Source: a virus. From it: a stretch of 64,000 bases of DNA. The notes under the pieces are model-generated. The model saw nothing but the letters and a program-made list of their open reading frames with translations. It was not told where the DNA came from and made no database searches. The position numbers and the translations under genes were made by a program. This document shows, piece by piece, positions 10,736 to 21,500 of the stretch. The stretch covers positions 10,077 through 74,076 of the IMG/VR virus record IMGVR_UViG_3300042691_033066. One strand, given 5' to 3'. Each line of letters opens with the position of its first letter. The first letter of the stretch is position 1.

Positions 10736-11374
10736 ATGGGATATTTAAACAAAGCAACGGTGACCGTTGACGCTATTCTGACAAAGAAAGGCAGAGAATT
10801 ATTGGCTCGCGGCCGCTCTGCTTTTAATATCACTCAGTTTGCGGTAGCTGACGATGAAGTTGATTACGGTCTGTACGATGTGGCACATCCATTGGGAACG
10901 GAATTTTATGGATCGGCTATTGAAAACATGCCAATTGTTGAAGCAGTACCAGACGAAACACAAAATTTACGGTATAAGTTAGTTACTCTCTCACGAGGAA
11001 CAAACCTCATCCCGACAATTCAAACGGGTATTTCTTCAGTTCAATTAACATACAGTAACACGCAAAATCCAGTAACCACAATTACTCCAACGACAAGTCA
11101 AGGATTTAATGCACTTCCGTTTGGATATACGGCAATTCTATATGATCGTGAAGCAGCAGTCCTAACAAGTAATGGACTTCCTGGGTCACCAACCGTTCCC
11201 GTGTTTATCGGAGATTCAGTTTCGCAAAATGCAATTGTTGTATCTGGAACGGTATTTACGATTTCTCCAAAAGATGTGACCACCGCCACAGAAACACAAC
11301 TTGTACTTATTGGAAATCAAACGGGTGCAACCATAACGATTCCAGTAACAATCAATCCAGCCACAGTCATTTAA
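10736..11374 (+). CDS. Conserved virion/baseplate protein (MGYL...DAILTKKGRELLARG family)
   Basis: LTxKGRELLA...ITQFAxxDDE resembles tail-collar/baseplate N-termini. GGAG lies before ATG 10736. Confidence 0.65.
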   Translation: MGYLNKATVTVDAILTKKGRELLARGRSAFNITQFAVADDEVDYGLYDVAHPLGTEFYGSAIENMPIVEAVPDETQNLRYKLVTLSRGTNLIPTIQTGISSVQLTYSNTQNPVTTITPTTSQGFNALPFGYTAILYDREAAVLTSNGLPGSPTVPVFIGDSVSQNAIVVSGTVFTISPKDVTTATETQLVLIGNQTGATITIPVTINPATVI

Positions 11375-11392
11375 CAATAGGACGTATATCAT

Positions 11393-12586
11393 ATGAGTAT
11401 TTATTCTAGATTTAGTGTGGATGATATAGTAGAAGCAAATCCAACAATAGTAACAACTGGATTGTGGTCTAATGACAGTGGATCATTGGAATCTACTCTA
11501 CATCTTAACCAAGCAGAAGGTCAACAGGTCGGTGTTAGCGGTGAATATTATTTAGACGTATACGACTCTGACCCAGAAGCCACAGAACTTGCAGAAGTAC
11601 AATTTGCTGTAGCATATGGACACATTGACGGCGGTGGCGCTCCATCGTTAAATGAAAATGAACTAGCAACGTTGCCTACCAAGGCAATATACAGTCAATA
11701 CAGAAACTTGTTACTAGATCCATCAGATACAAAGTTTTCGTTTGAAGGCGTTGATTCTGATCACATCTATGTAATTAATTTCCAACGTGCACGAATTCGT
11801 GAACAACTGGACCCAGGTAACTGGGAACTTCCATTCTCTGGTGCAAGAGGATTAGTTACACTTATTGACGATAGTGGTCAAACTCTCGGTGCATTGACTG
11901 CAAATAGTAAAGCCGGACGAGTATTTTCAGTAATTTCTGGTTCAATATCAACTACCTCCGGATCAATTTCTTCCTCATCAAATCCGAGAACGTTTAACGG
12001 ACATGGATATGGGTTGGTGTATCCTGACTTGGGTGTTATCGTATTAAATCCAAATGCATTAGTACCGGCGTTGGGATTCTTCATATCAAGTAGTATAACT
12101 GCATCAATAATTGCGGGTGGAGCGGCTAGCAGTTCGGTGGGATCCGCACTATACGATAACGTGGATGATCTAGATACGGAAAATATATCCTATGCGCCAG
12201 TTACACATTCATTGACAGAAGATGGTTGGTCAAATGCAAAATCTGCATACAATCATAATGCAATATATGTAGCAATTAATAAAGCAACTTCCAGTGATGT
12301 TTATGATAAAGGATTCAGAGCACGTTCGGCCGAAACAATTTCTTCAACTCACTATTTCGTACGGTTGAGAAACAAAGAATTTAACTATTCAAATAACCCA
12401 ACGTTCTATAATCCAGATAACGGATCATTGTCACGCCCAGAATTTAGAAATGATCCAAAAGTATATATTACTACGGTTGGATTGTTTAATGACCAAAATG
12501 AATTACTCGCGGTTGCTAAATTGAGTAAGCCAGTACGTAAGAGTTTTGACGAAGAAGTTTTGCTCCGAGTTCGTCTTGACTTTTAG
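11393..12586 (+). CDS. Virion/baseplate protein with tail-collar-like C-terminus
   Basis: C-terminal YITTVGLFNDQNELLAVAKLSKPVRK; AGGA ribosome-binding site. Confidence 0.65.
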   Translation: MSIYSRFSVDDIVEANPTIVTTGLWSNDSGSLESTLHLNQAEGQQVGVSGEYYLDVYDSDPEATELAEVQFAVAYGHIDGGGAPSLNENELATLPTKAIYSQYRNLLLDPSDTKFSFEGVDSDHIYVINFQRARIREQLDPGNWELPFSGARGLVTLIDDSGQTLGALTANSKAGRVFSVISGSISTTSGSISSSSNPRTFNGHGYGLVYPDLGVIVLNPNALVPALGFFISSSITASIIAGGAASSSVGSALYDNVDDLDTENISYAPVTHSLTEDGWSNAKSAYNHNAIYVAINKATSSDVYDKGFRARSAETISSTHYFVRLRNKEFNYSNNPTFYNPDNGSLSRPEFRNDPKVYITTVGLFNDQNELLAVAKLSKPVRKSFDEEVLLRVRLDF

Positions 12587-12617
12587 TAAATAATAGTTAA
12601 ATAATAGTTTGAATTAG

Positions 12618-12650
12618 AACGACCCCCTGTTAAATGGGGGTCGTTTTATT
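12618..12650 (+). terminator. Rho-independent terminator
   Basis: aacgaccccc-tgttaaat-gggggtcgtt followed by ttatt. Confidence 0.85.
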
Positions 12651-12660
12651 CACTCATCAA

Positions 12661-12668
12661 TATTTATT
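12661..12668 (+). promoter_or_regulatory. Putative late promoter TATTTATT
   Basis: Directly after the terminator and 28 nt before ATG 12697. Confidence 0.55.
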
Positions 12669-12696
12669 AATAGTCACTATAGAGGATATTTGATAC

Positions 12697-13623
12697 ATGC
12701 AAACTTTCGGTAAAGTAGACAGCGGAGATTATACAATAAATACCATGTACGTGTCTGCTCCAATGTCATGGGAATTGCAATCGGGTTCTAACGGACTACA
12801 GATAACATCTCCAGACGATTTGGAAGGGGCAATTACGTTACAACTTGCCACCAATGACACAGAAGATTTTTTCCAATACGACAACGAACCCAAAATAAAC
12901 AAGGAAACTGGCGTATACGAGTATTTGTTATATAGATCAATAAAACACTTGTTCTATAACAACGGATATTTTTACAGTGGCTCTACCATAGCTACATCCA
13001 GTATAACTCCTTTATCGGATTCATTTTATGTATTAAGTATTGGTCAAAATTTTTATGGTGATAGAATTGGTCCTGGTTCGTTTGAGCTTTCCACCGACAT
13101 CGTTGGTAAATATATTTATGACGACGACTACGGCAATTTGTATGTAAGTGAATCGGGTCAAATTAATTATATTGGTAATGTGTTTTACAACAATGGAATT
13201 GCGGTAATTAAGCACGACACTGGCTCGGTAGTTACTTCTATTAGTAGTGCGGGACTAAAGATTGTAGAGGATACGGTGTTGTATTTGGATTATACAAGTG
13301 AGGTTAAGTTTGAACGACACGAAGCAAATGTTATTATTCAACCAAACGAGTTCAATTTTTCGCCGTTCAATCCATCAATATTCTCTACATTTGAATCCAC
13401 GGGCAGCGTTACACAGTCGTTACTTGATCAAAACCTCAAACCAGCAAGTGGGAGTGCTTGGAACTTATATAATTTGATGGGAGCGGACGTTATTAAACCA
13501 TACATAACAACTATTGGGTTATATAACGATAAATATGAGTTACTTGCAGTAGCCAAAACAAGTGAACCAATACAACGCACTTTCGACGTTAACCAGATAT
13601 TTATAGTTAGATTTGATGTCTAA
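12697..13623 (+). CDS. Virion/baseplate protein, paralogue of 11393-12586
   Basis: Shares I.DD..G, G.V.Y..G..V and YITTIGLYNDKYELLAVAKTSEP motifs with the upstream gene. Confidence 0.65.
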   Translation: MQTFGKVDSGDYTINTMYVSAPMSWELQSGSNGLQITSPDDLEGAITLQLATNDTEDFFQYDNEPKINKETGVYEYLLYRSIKHLFYNNGYFYSGSTIATSSITPLSDSFYVLSIGQNFYGDRIGPGSFELSTDIVGKYIYDDDYGNLYVSESGQINYIGNVFYNNGIAVIKHDTGSVVTSISSAGLKIVEDTVLYLDYTSEVKFERHEANVIIQPNEFNFSPFNPSIFSTFESTGSVTQSLLDQNLKPASGSAWNLYNLMGADVIKPYITTIGLYNDKYELLAVAKTSEPIQRTFDVNQIFIVRFDV

Positions 13624-13637
13624 CCTTGGAGAAACAT

Positions 13638-14093
13638 ATGACATTAGAAGAAAGATATAACGCAGCCGGAGCCGACACATATGTGGGTAAGGTTCGTTCT
13701 AAGCAAGCAGCCGATGCCGGGGCAATTGATGGCTCAAATTTTATGAACGGTGAAGGATTTGTTGGAACACCACCAGCACCAGACCAAGTACAGACGGAAT
13801 TCAAACGAAATGCGGCCGGTGATTTTAGATACGGTGGTGGTAGTAAAATACCTGCAGCCACTAACAATAAATCATATCCATTAAGTCGTTGGTTGGCAAA
13901 GGGCGTGGATAAAGCAGACTCATATTTAGTAGACAAGTTTAAACAACTTAATGATGTACGTAACGGAAATAAGGCAATTCATCAATATGACTGGAGAACA
14001 GCAGGTAATTCATTTGCTGGTAAGTCTGCAACTGCAAAAAGTAGAATAGACGGATCACCCGCAGGTCGTGCACCGGGTGGTATCAACGGATAA
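13638..14093 (+). CDS. Hypothetical Gly/Ala-rich protein
   Basis: ATG at 13638 follows GGAG; TATTTATA at 13598-13605 lies 32 nt upstream. Confidence 0.6.
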   Translation: MTLEERYNAAGADTYVGKVRSKQAADAGAIDGSNFMNGEGFVGTPPAPDQVQTEFKRNAAGDFRYGGGSKIPAATNNKSYPLSRWLAKGVDKADSYLVDKFKQLNDVRNGNKAIHQYDWRTAGNSFAGKSATAKSRIDGSPAGRAPGGING

Positions 14094-14114
14094 TAACATT
14101 TACCAAAAGGTTAT

Positions 14115-14480
14115 ATGAAAACTCGGTCAGCAAAAAATAAAGGAAAGCGATTACAAAACGCTCTCCGTGATTTGATACTGGAACACTTTCCGCAATTAGA
14201 ACCCGACGATGTAGTATCTACGTTAATGGGTGACTCGGGGACGGACATAAAATTAAGTCCCGCGGCGCGGAAAGTGTTTCCGTATTCTCCCGAATGTAAG
14301 AACCAAGAAAAATTGAATGTCTGGGCTTCACTAGAACAAGCAGAAAAAAATACAAAGGAAGGAACTTATCCAGTATTATTTTTTAAACGCAACAGAAGTA
14401 AAATGTATGTTGCAATGGACGTAGAACATTTTTTTAATCTTATAAGAAATACACCATCCGTTGACAAAGGTGAGGTATGA
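14115..14480 (+). CDS. Holliday junction resolvase-like PD-(D/E)xK nuclease (T5 D14-like)
   Basis: SAKNKGKRLQ...G.SGTDI.L...ECKNQE...WASLEQA...VLFFKRNRS pattern. Confidence 0.75.
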   Translation: MKTRSAKNKGKRLQNALRDLILEHFPQLEPDDVVSTLMGDSGTDIKLSPAARKVFPYSPECKNQEKLNVWASLEQAEKNTKEGTYPVLFFKRNRSKMYVAMDVEHFFNLIRNTPSVDKGEV

Positions 14481-14489
14481 TGTTAGATT
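14461..14489 (+). promoter_or_regulatory. Sigma70-type promoter for primase and the Mre11-Rad50 fusion
   Basis: TTGACA (14461) - 17 nt - TAGATT (14484), with an extended -10 TG at 14481. Confidence 0.7.
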
Positions 14490-14495
14490 GTAAGT

Positions 14496-15401
14496 ATGAT
14501 TATACTTACACTTCTTCAAGAAATATTAGGTAATTACACTCAACAAAAGGACGAGTATTTATTTGCTTGTCCTTTCTGTCATACGCACAAGAAGAAATTA
14601 TCTGTTAATATAATCAGTAACAAGTGGAAATGTTGGATATGTGGGGCAAAGGGTGGTCACATTATTTGGTTGTTAAAAAAACTTAACGTATCTAAAGATC
14701 TATTAAAAAAGTTTAGAGACGAATTCGGGGACGCAGATCTTAATAAGTTTAAAACAACCACTGCTGAAGTGGTACTCAGACTTCCCCATGAATATAAACC
14801 ACTATGGAAGGTAGAAAAAAGTTACCAGTATTATCATGCAATTAGTTATCTCAAACAACGAGGAATTACCGCAAATGACATCTTACGATATAGGATGGGG
14901 TTTTGTACAGAAGGTCCGTATGCTAATAGAATTATTCTTCCTTCATACGATAGAAACAATCACCTCAATTACTTCACCGCCAGGCTCTTTTACGAAGAAG
15001 GAATGAAGTATAAGAATCCACCCGTGTCCAAAAATATTATTTGTTTTGAGAACATGGTGGATTGGAGTGAACCTATAATTTTATGCGAGGGTATGTTTGA
15101 TGCTATCACACTTCGTCGTAATGCTATACCGTTACTTGGTAAAACGTTACCAAACGAGTTGGAGAAAAAAATTCTACAAGAAAAGGTATCCAACATAATT
15201 ATTTTTCTTGACGAAGATGCACGAAAGGAAGCATTGAAACTTGAACAACACTTGCGTCAATATGATATAGATGTCCGCGTTGTATTGACGAGTGGAAAAG
15301 ACGCAAGTGAGATGGGGTTTGACACTGCGTGGAAAGAAATTGATACCGCACGCCAAACCAATTTTAAGGAACTAATTGAACAACGGTTATTGACTATATG
15401 A
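14496..15401 (+). CDS. DNA primase (Zn finger plus TOPRIM)
   Basis: CPFCH...KCWIC zinc finger; YKNP; ILCEGMFDAI and FLDEDA TOPRIM motifs; GKDASE. Confidence 0.9.
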   Translation: MIILTLLQEILGNYTQQKDEYLFACPFCHTHKKKLSVNIISNKWKCWICGAKGGHIIWLLKKLNVSKDLLKKFRDEFGDADLNKFKTTTAEVVLRLPHEYKPLWKVEKSYQYYHAISYLKQRGITANDILRYRMGFCTEGPYANRIILPSYDRNNHLNYFTARLFYEEGMKYKNPPVSKNIICFENMVDWSEPIILCEGMFDAITLRRNAIPLLGKTLPNELEKKILQEKVSNIIIFLDEDARKEALKLEQHLRQYDIDVRVVLTSGKDASEMGFDTAWKEIDTARQTNFKELIEQRLLTI

Positions 15402-18400
15402 AAATAAATGTTCCCTTTACAAAGTTACAACATGTCGTACATCTAGCCGATATTCATATTCGGTTGTTTCGTCGTCATGACGAATATGAACAAGCATTTG
15501 AACGGTTATACTCTGATATACGTTCAAAGCAATTAGAAGATTTTGTTATCGTATTGGCGGGTGACATTGTTCATGCCAAGACGGACATGTCGCCAGAAAT
15601 GGTGCAAGTCACTTCTCGTTTTCTAAAGAATATTTCTGACATTGCTCCAACCATTTTAATTGCGGGAAACCACGATTGTAATCTCGCTAATACCAATCGC
15701 ATGGATGCATTGACTCCGATTGTTAACAATCTACAACATCCCAATCTCTATTATGTACGAGACAGTGCCGTGGTGTATATTGCTGATACCGCATTTGCGG
15801 TCTGTTCTATTTTTGACGAACAAGACAAATGGCCTACGCCCGACGAGATTGAGGATGTAGATACCAAGATTGCTCTCTATCATGGACCTGTGCATGGGTC
15901 TACGACGGATGCCAACTTTACGATTACCAATCGCCACGTACACGTTGATACGTTTACGGGTTACGATATTGTGATGTTGGGTGACATTCATAAGCATCAA
16001 GTACTGAAAGAAGCCGATCCTATTATCGTCTACGCATCTAGTCTCATCCAGCAAAATCACGGCGAAACACTGGAGAATCATGGCTGGTGTTTGTGGGACA
16101 TTCCGCATCGTACATTTGATTTTGTTACTCTTGAAAACGAGTATGGGTATGTAACACTTGAAGTACATAATACACATATTACATACCCGTCAAATATGCC
16201 CAAGAACGTCCGTATGCGTTTGTTTACGGAAGATCTGGACAACACAGAAGTCAAGAAGATTATTACGACACTTCGGAATAATCATAATATTATTGAACTG
16301 TCGGTAAACAAAAATCGTTTTAATAAAAATACCCCACGGATCGCAAATACTAGTCACGATACATTAGATCTGACCCAAGTTAATGTTCAAAATAATCTCA
16401 TCACACAGTGGTTGAATCGTAATTACGTTACGTTAGATCCAGAAGTTTTGACGGCAATTGAAACGATTAATAAAGATCTTAACAACAAGATTATTAATGA
16501 GGATCAGTCTCGTAACATTCATTGGCGTCCACTGAAGTTTACGTTTTCCAATATGTTTTCGTATGGAGAAAATAACGAGATAGACTTTACGGACATGAAA
16601 GGTGTATATGGAATTTTTGCCGCAAACGCATCGGGCAAGAGTTCTATTATGGACTCGTTAATGTTCTGCCTTTACGATAAGACCCCACGTGCGTTCAAGG
16701 GTGACCACATCATTAATAATCGGAAAGATAACTTTGTTTGTGAACTCACGTTTGAAATTAATAACGAAACATTTGGGATTAAACGCGTTGGTACTCGTAA
16801 AAAGAATGGTGATGTGAAGGTGGATGCGTCATTCTGGAAGATCTTGGATAACGGCGATATTCTTAATCTAAATGGCGAAGATCGTCGGGATACCAACGCA
16901 AATATTCGGAGTCATGTTGGAACTTATGAAGATTTTATTATGACTGCAATGAGTAGTCAGAATAGTAATGCGTTGTTTATTGACAAGTCCCACTCCGAAC
17001 GGAAAGACCTACTCATTCAGTTTATGGGATTGAATATCTTTGATAAGTTGTTTGATGCAGCACACGACGAAGCAAAGGAAATTACGGGTATTCTCAAACG
17101 TTTCAAGAAATCGGATGTGACCGACCAGATTGCAGAAACCCACACGAAGCTACAGTCGGTGGAACAAAGTATTCACAGTTATGACTTACAAAAGGATAAC
17201 CATGAAGGCAACCTTGAAGATTTGGAAGAAGAATATCGTACATGCCAGTCCACCAAACGTCCGGTACCAGAAGTATCAGGCAGTTTAGAGGAGTTGGAAG
17301 TTACGTTCAAGAAAACGCAACAACTCTTGAAGAAAGCACAGGAAAACCATGACTACACCAAAGTCAATTACGAAAAGACCAAGGAAGAATATGCGCAGTT
17401 AACTAGCGACTTTGAAGCCTATGATATGGGGAAGTTGCAGGAATCTGTTGCTAACTACAATAAATTTAACGACCTATTAGTTAAGGGGAATGCCGCGCTT
17501 CGGGTGGTAAATACCAAGATTGAAGAAAAGGTGAAGTTTAAGAATAAGTTGTCGGGTTACAAGTATAATCCTGACTGCGATGTCTGTGTGACAAACAACA
17601 AGTCGGTGGTGGATGATTTGGCAACGGTCAACGTTGAACTGGATGAACTCAATGCGAAGCGACTCATCCAAGAGGACTCTATTACCAAGATTATTGAAGA
17701 GTTAGAACCATTGAAGTTAGAAAAAGAAGTGTATGATGAGGCAATTGAAGCACAATCGCTGATCCAGAAAACCCACCAGACCCAACAACGGTTGAAGGTG
17801 GAACTGGAATCTGCGTTTATGACAATGGAAAAGAATGAAAATAAACTTGGATGGATTCAACTAGATATTGATGCGTATAAGCTGAACGAGGAAAACATTC
17901 TCCACAATCAGAAAATAGAGACGGAGCTTCAAGACATTCAACTGCGTATCAACAATACCAAGAAGCAAATTCAAACCGTTGACAGAGAACTTCGCATTCT
18001 CCATGGCGATAGTTCGGTGTTGGCAGCAAAGAAGAAAGAATTAACGAATAAATTAAAGGAAGCCGAAGAACTGGAAACTACCTACGAAGCATACAATCAT
18101 TATATGCTCGCAGTCGGTCGTGATGGAGTACCGTATGAGTTGATGAGTAAAGCTATTCCGAATATGGAAGCAGAAATCAATAGTATGTTATCACAAATCG
18201 TGGATTTTACGGTTTCTTTGGAAGTGGATGGAAAGAATATTAATGGTAAGTTAAACTATGATTTTGATAGAATCTGGCCTTTAGAAAACTCTTCTGGCAT
18301 GGAACGGTTCGTCAGTAGTTTGGCAATCCGTGTGGCACTTTTGAACGCCAGTAACCTACCTAAATCTAATATGTTAATTATTGATGAAGGATTTGGTGTA

Positions 18401-18562
18401 TTGGATGCGGAACACATGCATTCCATGCAAACCTTGTTTAATTTACTTAAAACCCATTTTGACTTTATACTTATAGTAAGTCACTTGGACACTGCCCGAG
18501 ACATGGTGGATAATCTGATAGAAATCCGAAAGGAGGACGGTTACTCACAAATATCGGTATAA
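15398..18562 (+). CDS. Fused Mre11/SbcD nuclease - Rad50/SbcC ATPase (gp47-gp46-like)
   Basis: Phosphoesterase motifs ADIH, AGD, GNHD, YHG and GDIH; Walker A NASGKSS; coiled coil with CDVC zinc hook; signature SSGME; Walker B IIDEGFGVLD; H-loop VSH. Confidence 0.92.
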   Translation: MKINVPFTKLQHVVHLADIHIRLFRRHDEYEQAFERLYSDIRSKQLEDFVIVLAGDIVHAKTDMSPEMVQVTSRFLKNISDIAPTILIAGNHDCNLANTNRMDALTPIVNNLQHPNLYYVRDSAVVYIADTAFAVCSIFDEQDKWPTPDEIEDVDTKIALYHGPVHGSTTDANFTITNRHVHVDTFTGYDIVMLGDIHKHQVLKEADPIIVYASSLIQQNHGETLENHGWCLWDIPHRTFDFVTLENEYGYVTLEVHNTHITYPSNMPKNVRMRLFTEDLDNTEVKKIITTLRNNHNIIELSVNKNRFNKNTPRIANTSHDTLDLTQVNVQNNLITQWLNRNYVTLDPEVLTAIETINKDLNNKIINEDQSRNIHWRPLKFTFSNMFSYGENNEIDFTDMKGVYGIFAANASGKSSIMDSLMFCLYDKTPRAFKGDHIINNRKDNFVCELTFEINNETFGIKRVGTRKKNGDVKVDASFWKILDNGDILNLNGEDRRDTNANIRSHVGTYEDFIMTAMSSQNSNALFIDKSHSERKDLLIQFMGLNIFDKLFDAAHDEAKEITGILKRFKKSDVTDQIAETHTKLQSVEQSIHSYDLQKDNHEGNLEDLEEEYRTCQSTKRPVPEVSGSLEELEVTFKKTQQLLKKAQENHDYTKVNYEKTKEEYAQLTSDFEAYDMGKLQESVANYNKFNDLLVKGNAALRVVNTKIEEKVKFKNKLSGYKYNPDCDVCVTNNKSVVDDLATVNVELDELNAKRLIQEDSITKIIEELEPLKLEKEVYDEAIEAQSLIQKTHQTQQRLKVELESAFMTMEKNENKLGWIQLDIDAYKLNEENILHNQKIETELQDIQLRINNTKKQIQTVDRELRILHGDSSVLAAKKKELTNKLKEAEELETTYEAYNHYMLAVGRDGVPYELMSKAIPNMEAEINSMLSQIVDFTVSLEVDGKNINGKLNYDFDRIWPLENSSGMERFVSSLAIRVALLNASNLPKSNMLIIDEGFGVLDAEHMHSMQTLFNLLKTHFDFILIVSHLDTARDMVDNLIEIRKEDGYSQISV

Positions 18563-18574
18563 TAGAGAGAATGG

Positions 18575-21500
18575 ATGGCAAGAACTAGAAAATCTATACA
18601 GCCGTTAAATTTATACAAATATGACGTATTAATTGAAGACCAAGGTACACGTTCCGACTACTTTAAAATTAGCCAATTTGACGGCTATTTTTATGGTGGT
18701 CGTAACGCATTTCTGGTGGCGGGAGCTGGTTCGTTAAAGCCCAATTCTAAGATATTAGTAGAAATTTTAAACGTAGACGGAACAACGGTATACAGTGCAC
18801 CAGTTACTCAATTCGTAGAAGGTAATTCTCGACTCATTCAAGTCGAAATATATAACGATACCCCCATCGGAGCTGGTAAAATTGTTATATTGGGATCCAC
18901 CGATACATATTTGGACGGATCTCCAGTGCCTCCTGAATGGAAGGACAAATATAATGTTCGTTGGATAACTGACGTTATTATTTCCCCGTTGATAGAAAAT
19001 AAGACGCCAATTCGTTTTGCGACAACTCCATCGGTGGTGGTAGAAGAAAAATTTTACCGAATACCAAGTTCTTCTATATTCACAGAAAAGGTACTGGTAC
19101 CAATAAGTGTACAACTAACACCAAAATACTATAGTGTATTTCAAAACGGTTATCAACTTAAAATATCAGGATCACAAGACTCGCAATTTTTATCCGAATA
19201 TCAAGATGGCATAATCACTGGATCTGTTGCAGTAAAAGACGGAGAAACTGCTTCTTTATCGTTACCTATAACACGAATATTTAACAGTACATTAGCAGAA
19301 TCACAAGGTTCACTAATTTACACAAACACAAATAAGTTAATTACCGAGGGGTTTATAAGTGGCGGCGGTGGATTTTATACGTCTTCGCTTTCTCCACTTG
19401 GAACCGTAATACTTACAAGTAGTCTAAATTTACAATATAGTAAATTGGAAACATTCAACACGGGTTCTGCAGTTTCATATGCAAACCTACGTGTAGTTGA
19501 TGCAAAAACATTATCTGGTGAAATTCACAAAGTACGTGTTTCGTATAAGAACGCAACAGACCCAGGTGAATACGTTACATTATCTGATGTTAACGTTGCC
19601 GTACAAGAACTACTGGCAGTTGATAGTGCAAGTAAAATAGTCGAGACGGGTAAGTTTAATACGATCTTGGCAAATGATTATTGGTATACTGCTACCATGT
19701 CGTTGCAAAAAAATGAAAATACGCCAACAATACCTCTGTACTACAAATCATCGTCATTAATTTCTAACAGTATTCCTTTAACACAAAGTAATGCAGATTT
19801 ATTAGATTCTATTAATGTAACACCAACAATTGTAAATAATGCTTATATCAACGATGTATCTTACTTCATAGGAACAAGAACAGGAAATTCTGTACAAGTC
19901 TTTCCTCGCAGTGAATATACACTTGCATTTGATGCAGTGGTTTCCAAAAAGTCGGGATCGGTTGAACTAAATCAAGCAGATTACTCGTTGGAAGTATATT
20001 TGGTTGCACACGAAAATTCTACCACAAAATTATTAGAGACTAATTTACGTGGACAATTGCTCGGAACATTAACTCCATCAAGTACATTTACTAAACAAAA
20101 TTTTGAAGGTACAGAGTTTAATTTCACTCCAAAGATTATTGATTCTGGAGATTTTGGATTACGATTTATTGCTTATGGCGGTAACTGGAATATTGCAAAC
20201 ATATCACTAAAACCGGCAGAAGAACCGTTCTTCAGTCCAGATGAAATTGATATTTTGGTTCCAAATGTAAATTACACAGACAAAATTCTTTCGTTTAAAC
20301 TGCAATATTTGGACGTAAATAATAATTCTGTTGCCACTTCAACACTTTCCATACCAACATATTTTACGGGGTCTGAAGAGTTAGTAATTACCACTGTAAC
20401 AAATAGCGTTACATCGTCCTATGCAGAAACGGCATCATTTGTCACACATCAAAATCCCGGCGACAATCGTGTCATTACATCGTTGGGATCGGGTAGTTTA
20501 ACTGGAGAATCTAATTTACGGTTTGATGGATCTACGTTAAGTGTTACCGGATCAATGGTGGTGTCGGGTTCTTCTACATTACGAAACATTGGACCTGCAC
20601 AATTTACGGGATCGGTAAATATTTCCGGTAGTGCAACGGTCACGGGCAATCTAACGGTTTCGGGATTGTTATCGGCAAATTCACAGTCCATAACATATGT
20701 AAGTTCTTCTCAGTTAAATGTGGGAACAAATATCATCACGGTCAATGTACAGAATCCCATCCCACGATTCGGCGGAATAGCAGTTATTGATTCGGGTTCT
20801 TCGCCACAACGTAGTGGATCGTTACTATTTGATTCACAAAATGATCAATGGATCTTTGTCCACCAGAATCAAACCAATCCAACATCCTCTGTATTATTGA
20901 TGGGTCCACAAACATACAATAATATTGGGAATGAAACTGCTCTAACTAACAATTATCTGTTGAAATCGGTGAACGCAGAACATGTGGGTGACTCGCAGGT
21001 TTATGATAATGGGACAAATGTGGGGATTGGTACTGCAAGTCCAACCGAAAAGCTAGAAGTCAGTGGAAGTTTGAAAGGAATTGGAGTAGAAACTAGTTTA
21101 TACAATTTTAAAAATATTTACGGACGTTTAAGTGATTCATTATTACACGTTGCCGGTGGAAGTGGTCTTAATGGACTACTTTACTTAAATTACAATGGCG
21201 GAACCGTATCAATTGGACAATCAACTGCTGCGGTGTTTAGTGTCAACGCAGGAAACGGATTGTATGTAACGACAGGTAATAACGTTGGAATCGGTACTAC
21301 AAGTCCATCTGGTCCATTACAAGTCGGTCCATCCAGCGGAACGCCAATGGGATGGGTATATTTTAATAATAATGTTGGGCCATCAAACTCAACTCCTGCG
21401 GCAATAACTAGTTTAGCAATGGGATGGAATCCATCCAATGGTGGTGGAGAAGCAATTATTGCTTACGGATCAGGGTCAAGCGGTGGTGCGGGAGGTGGTT

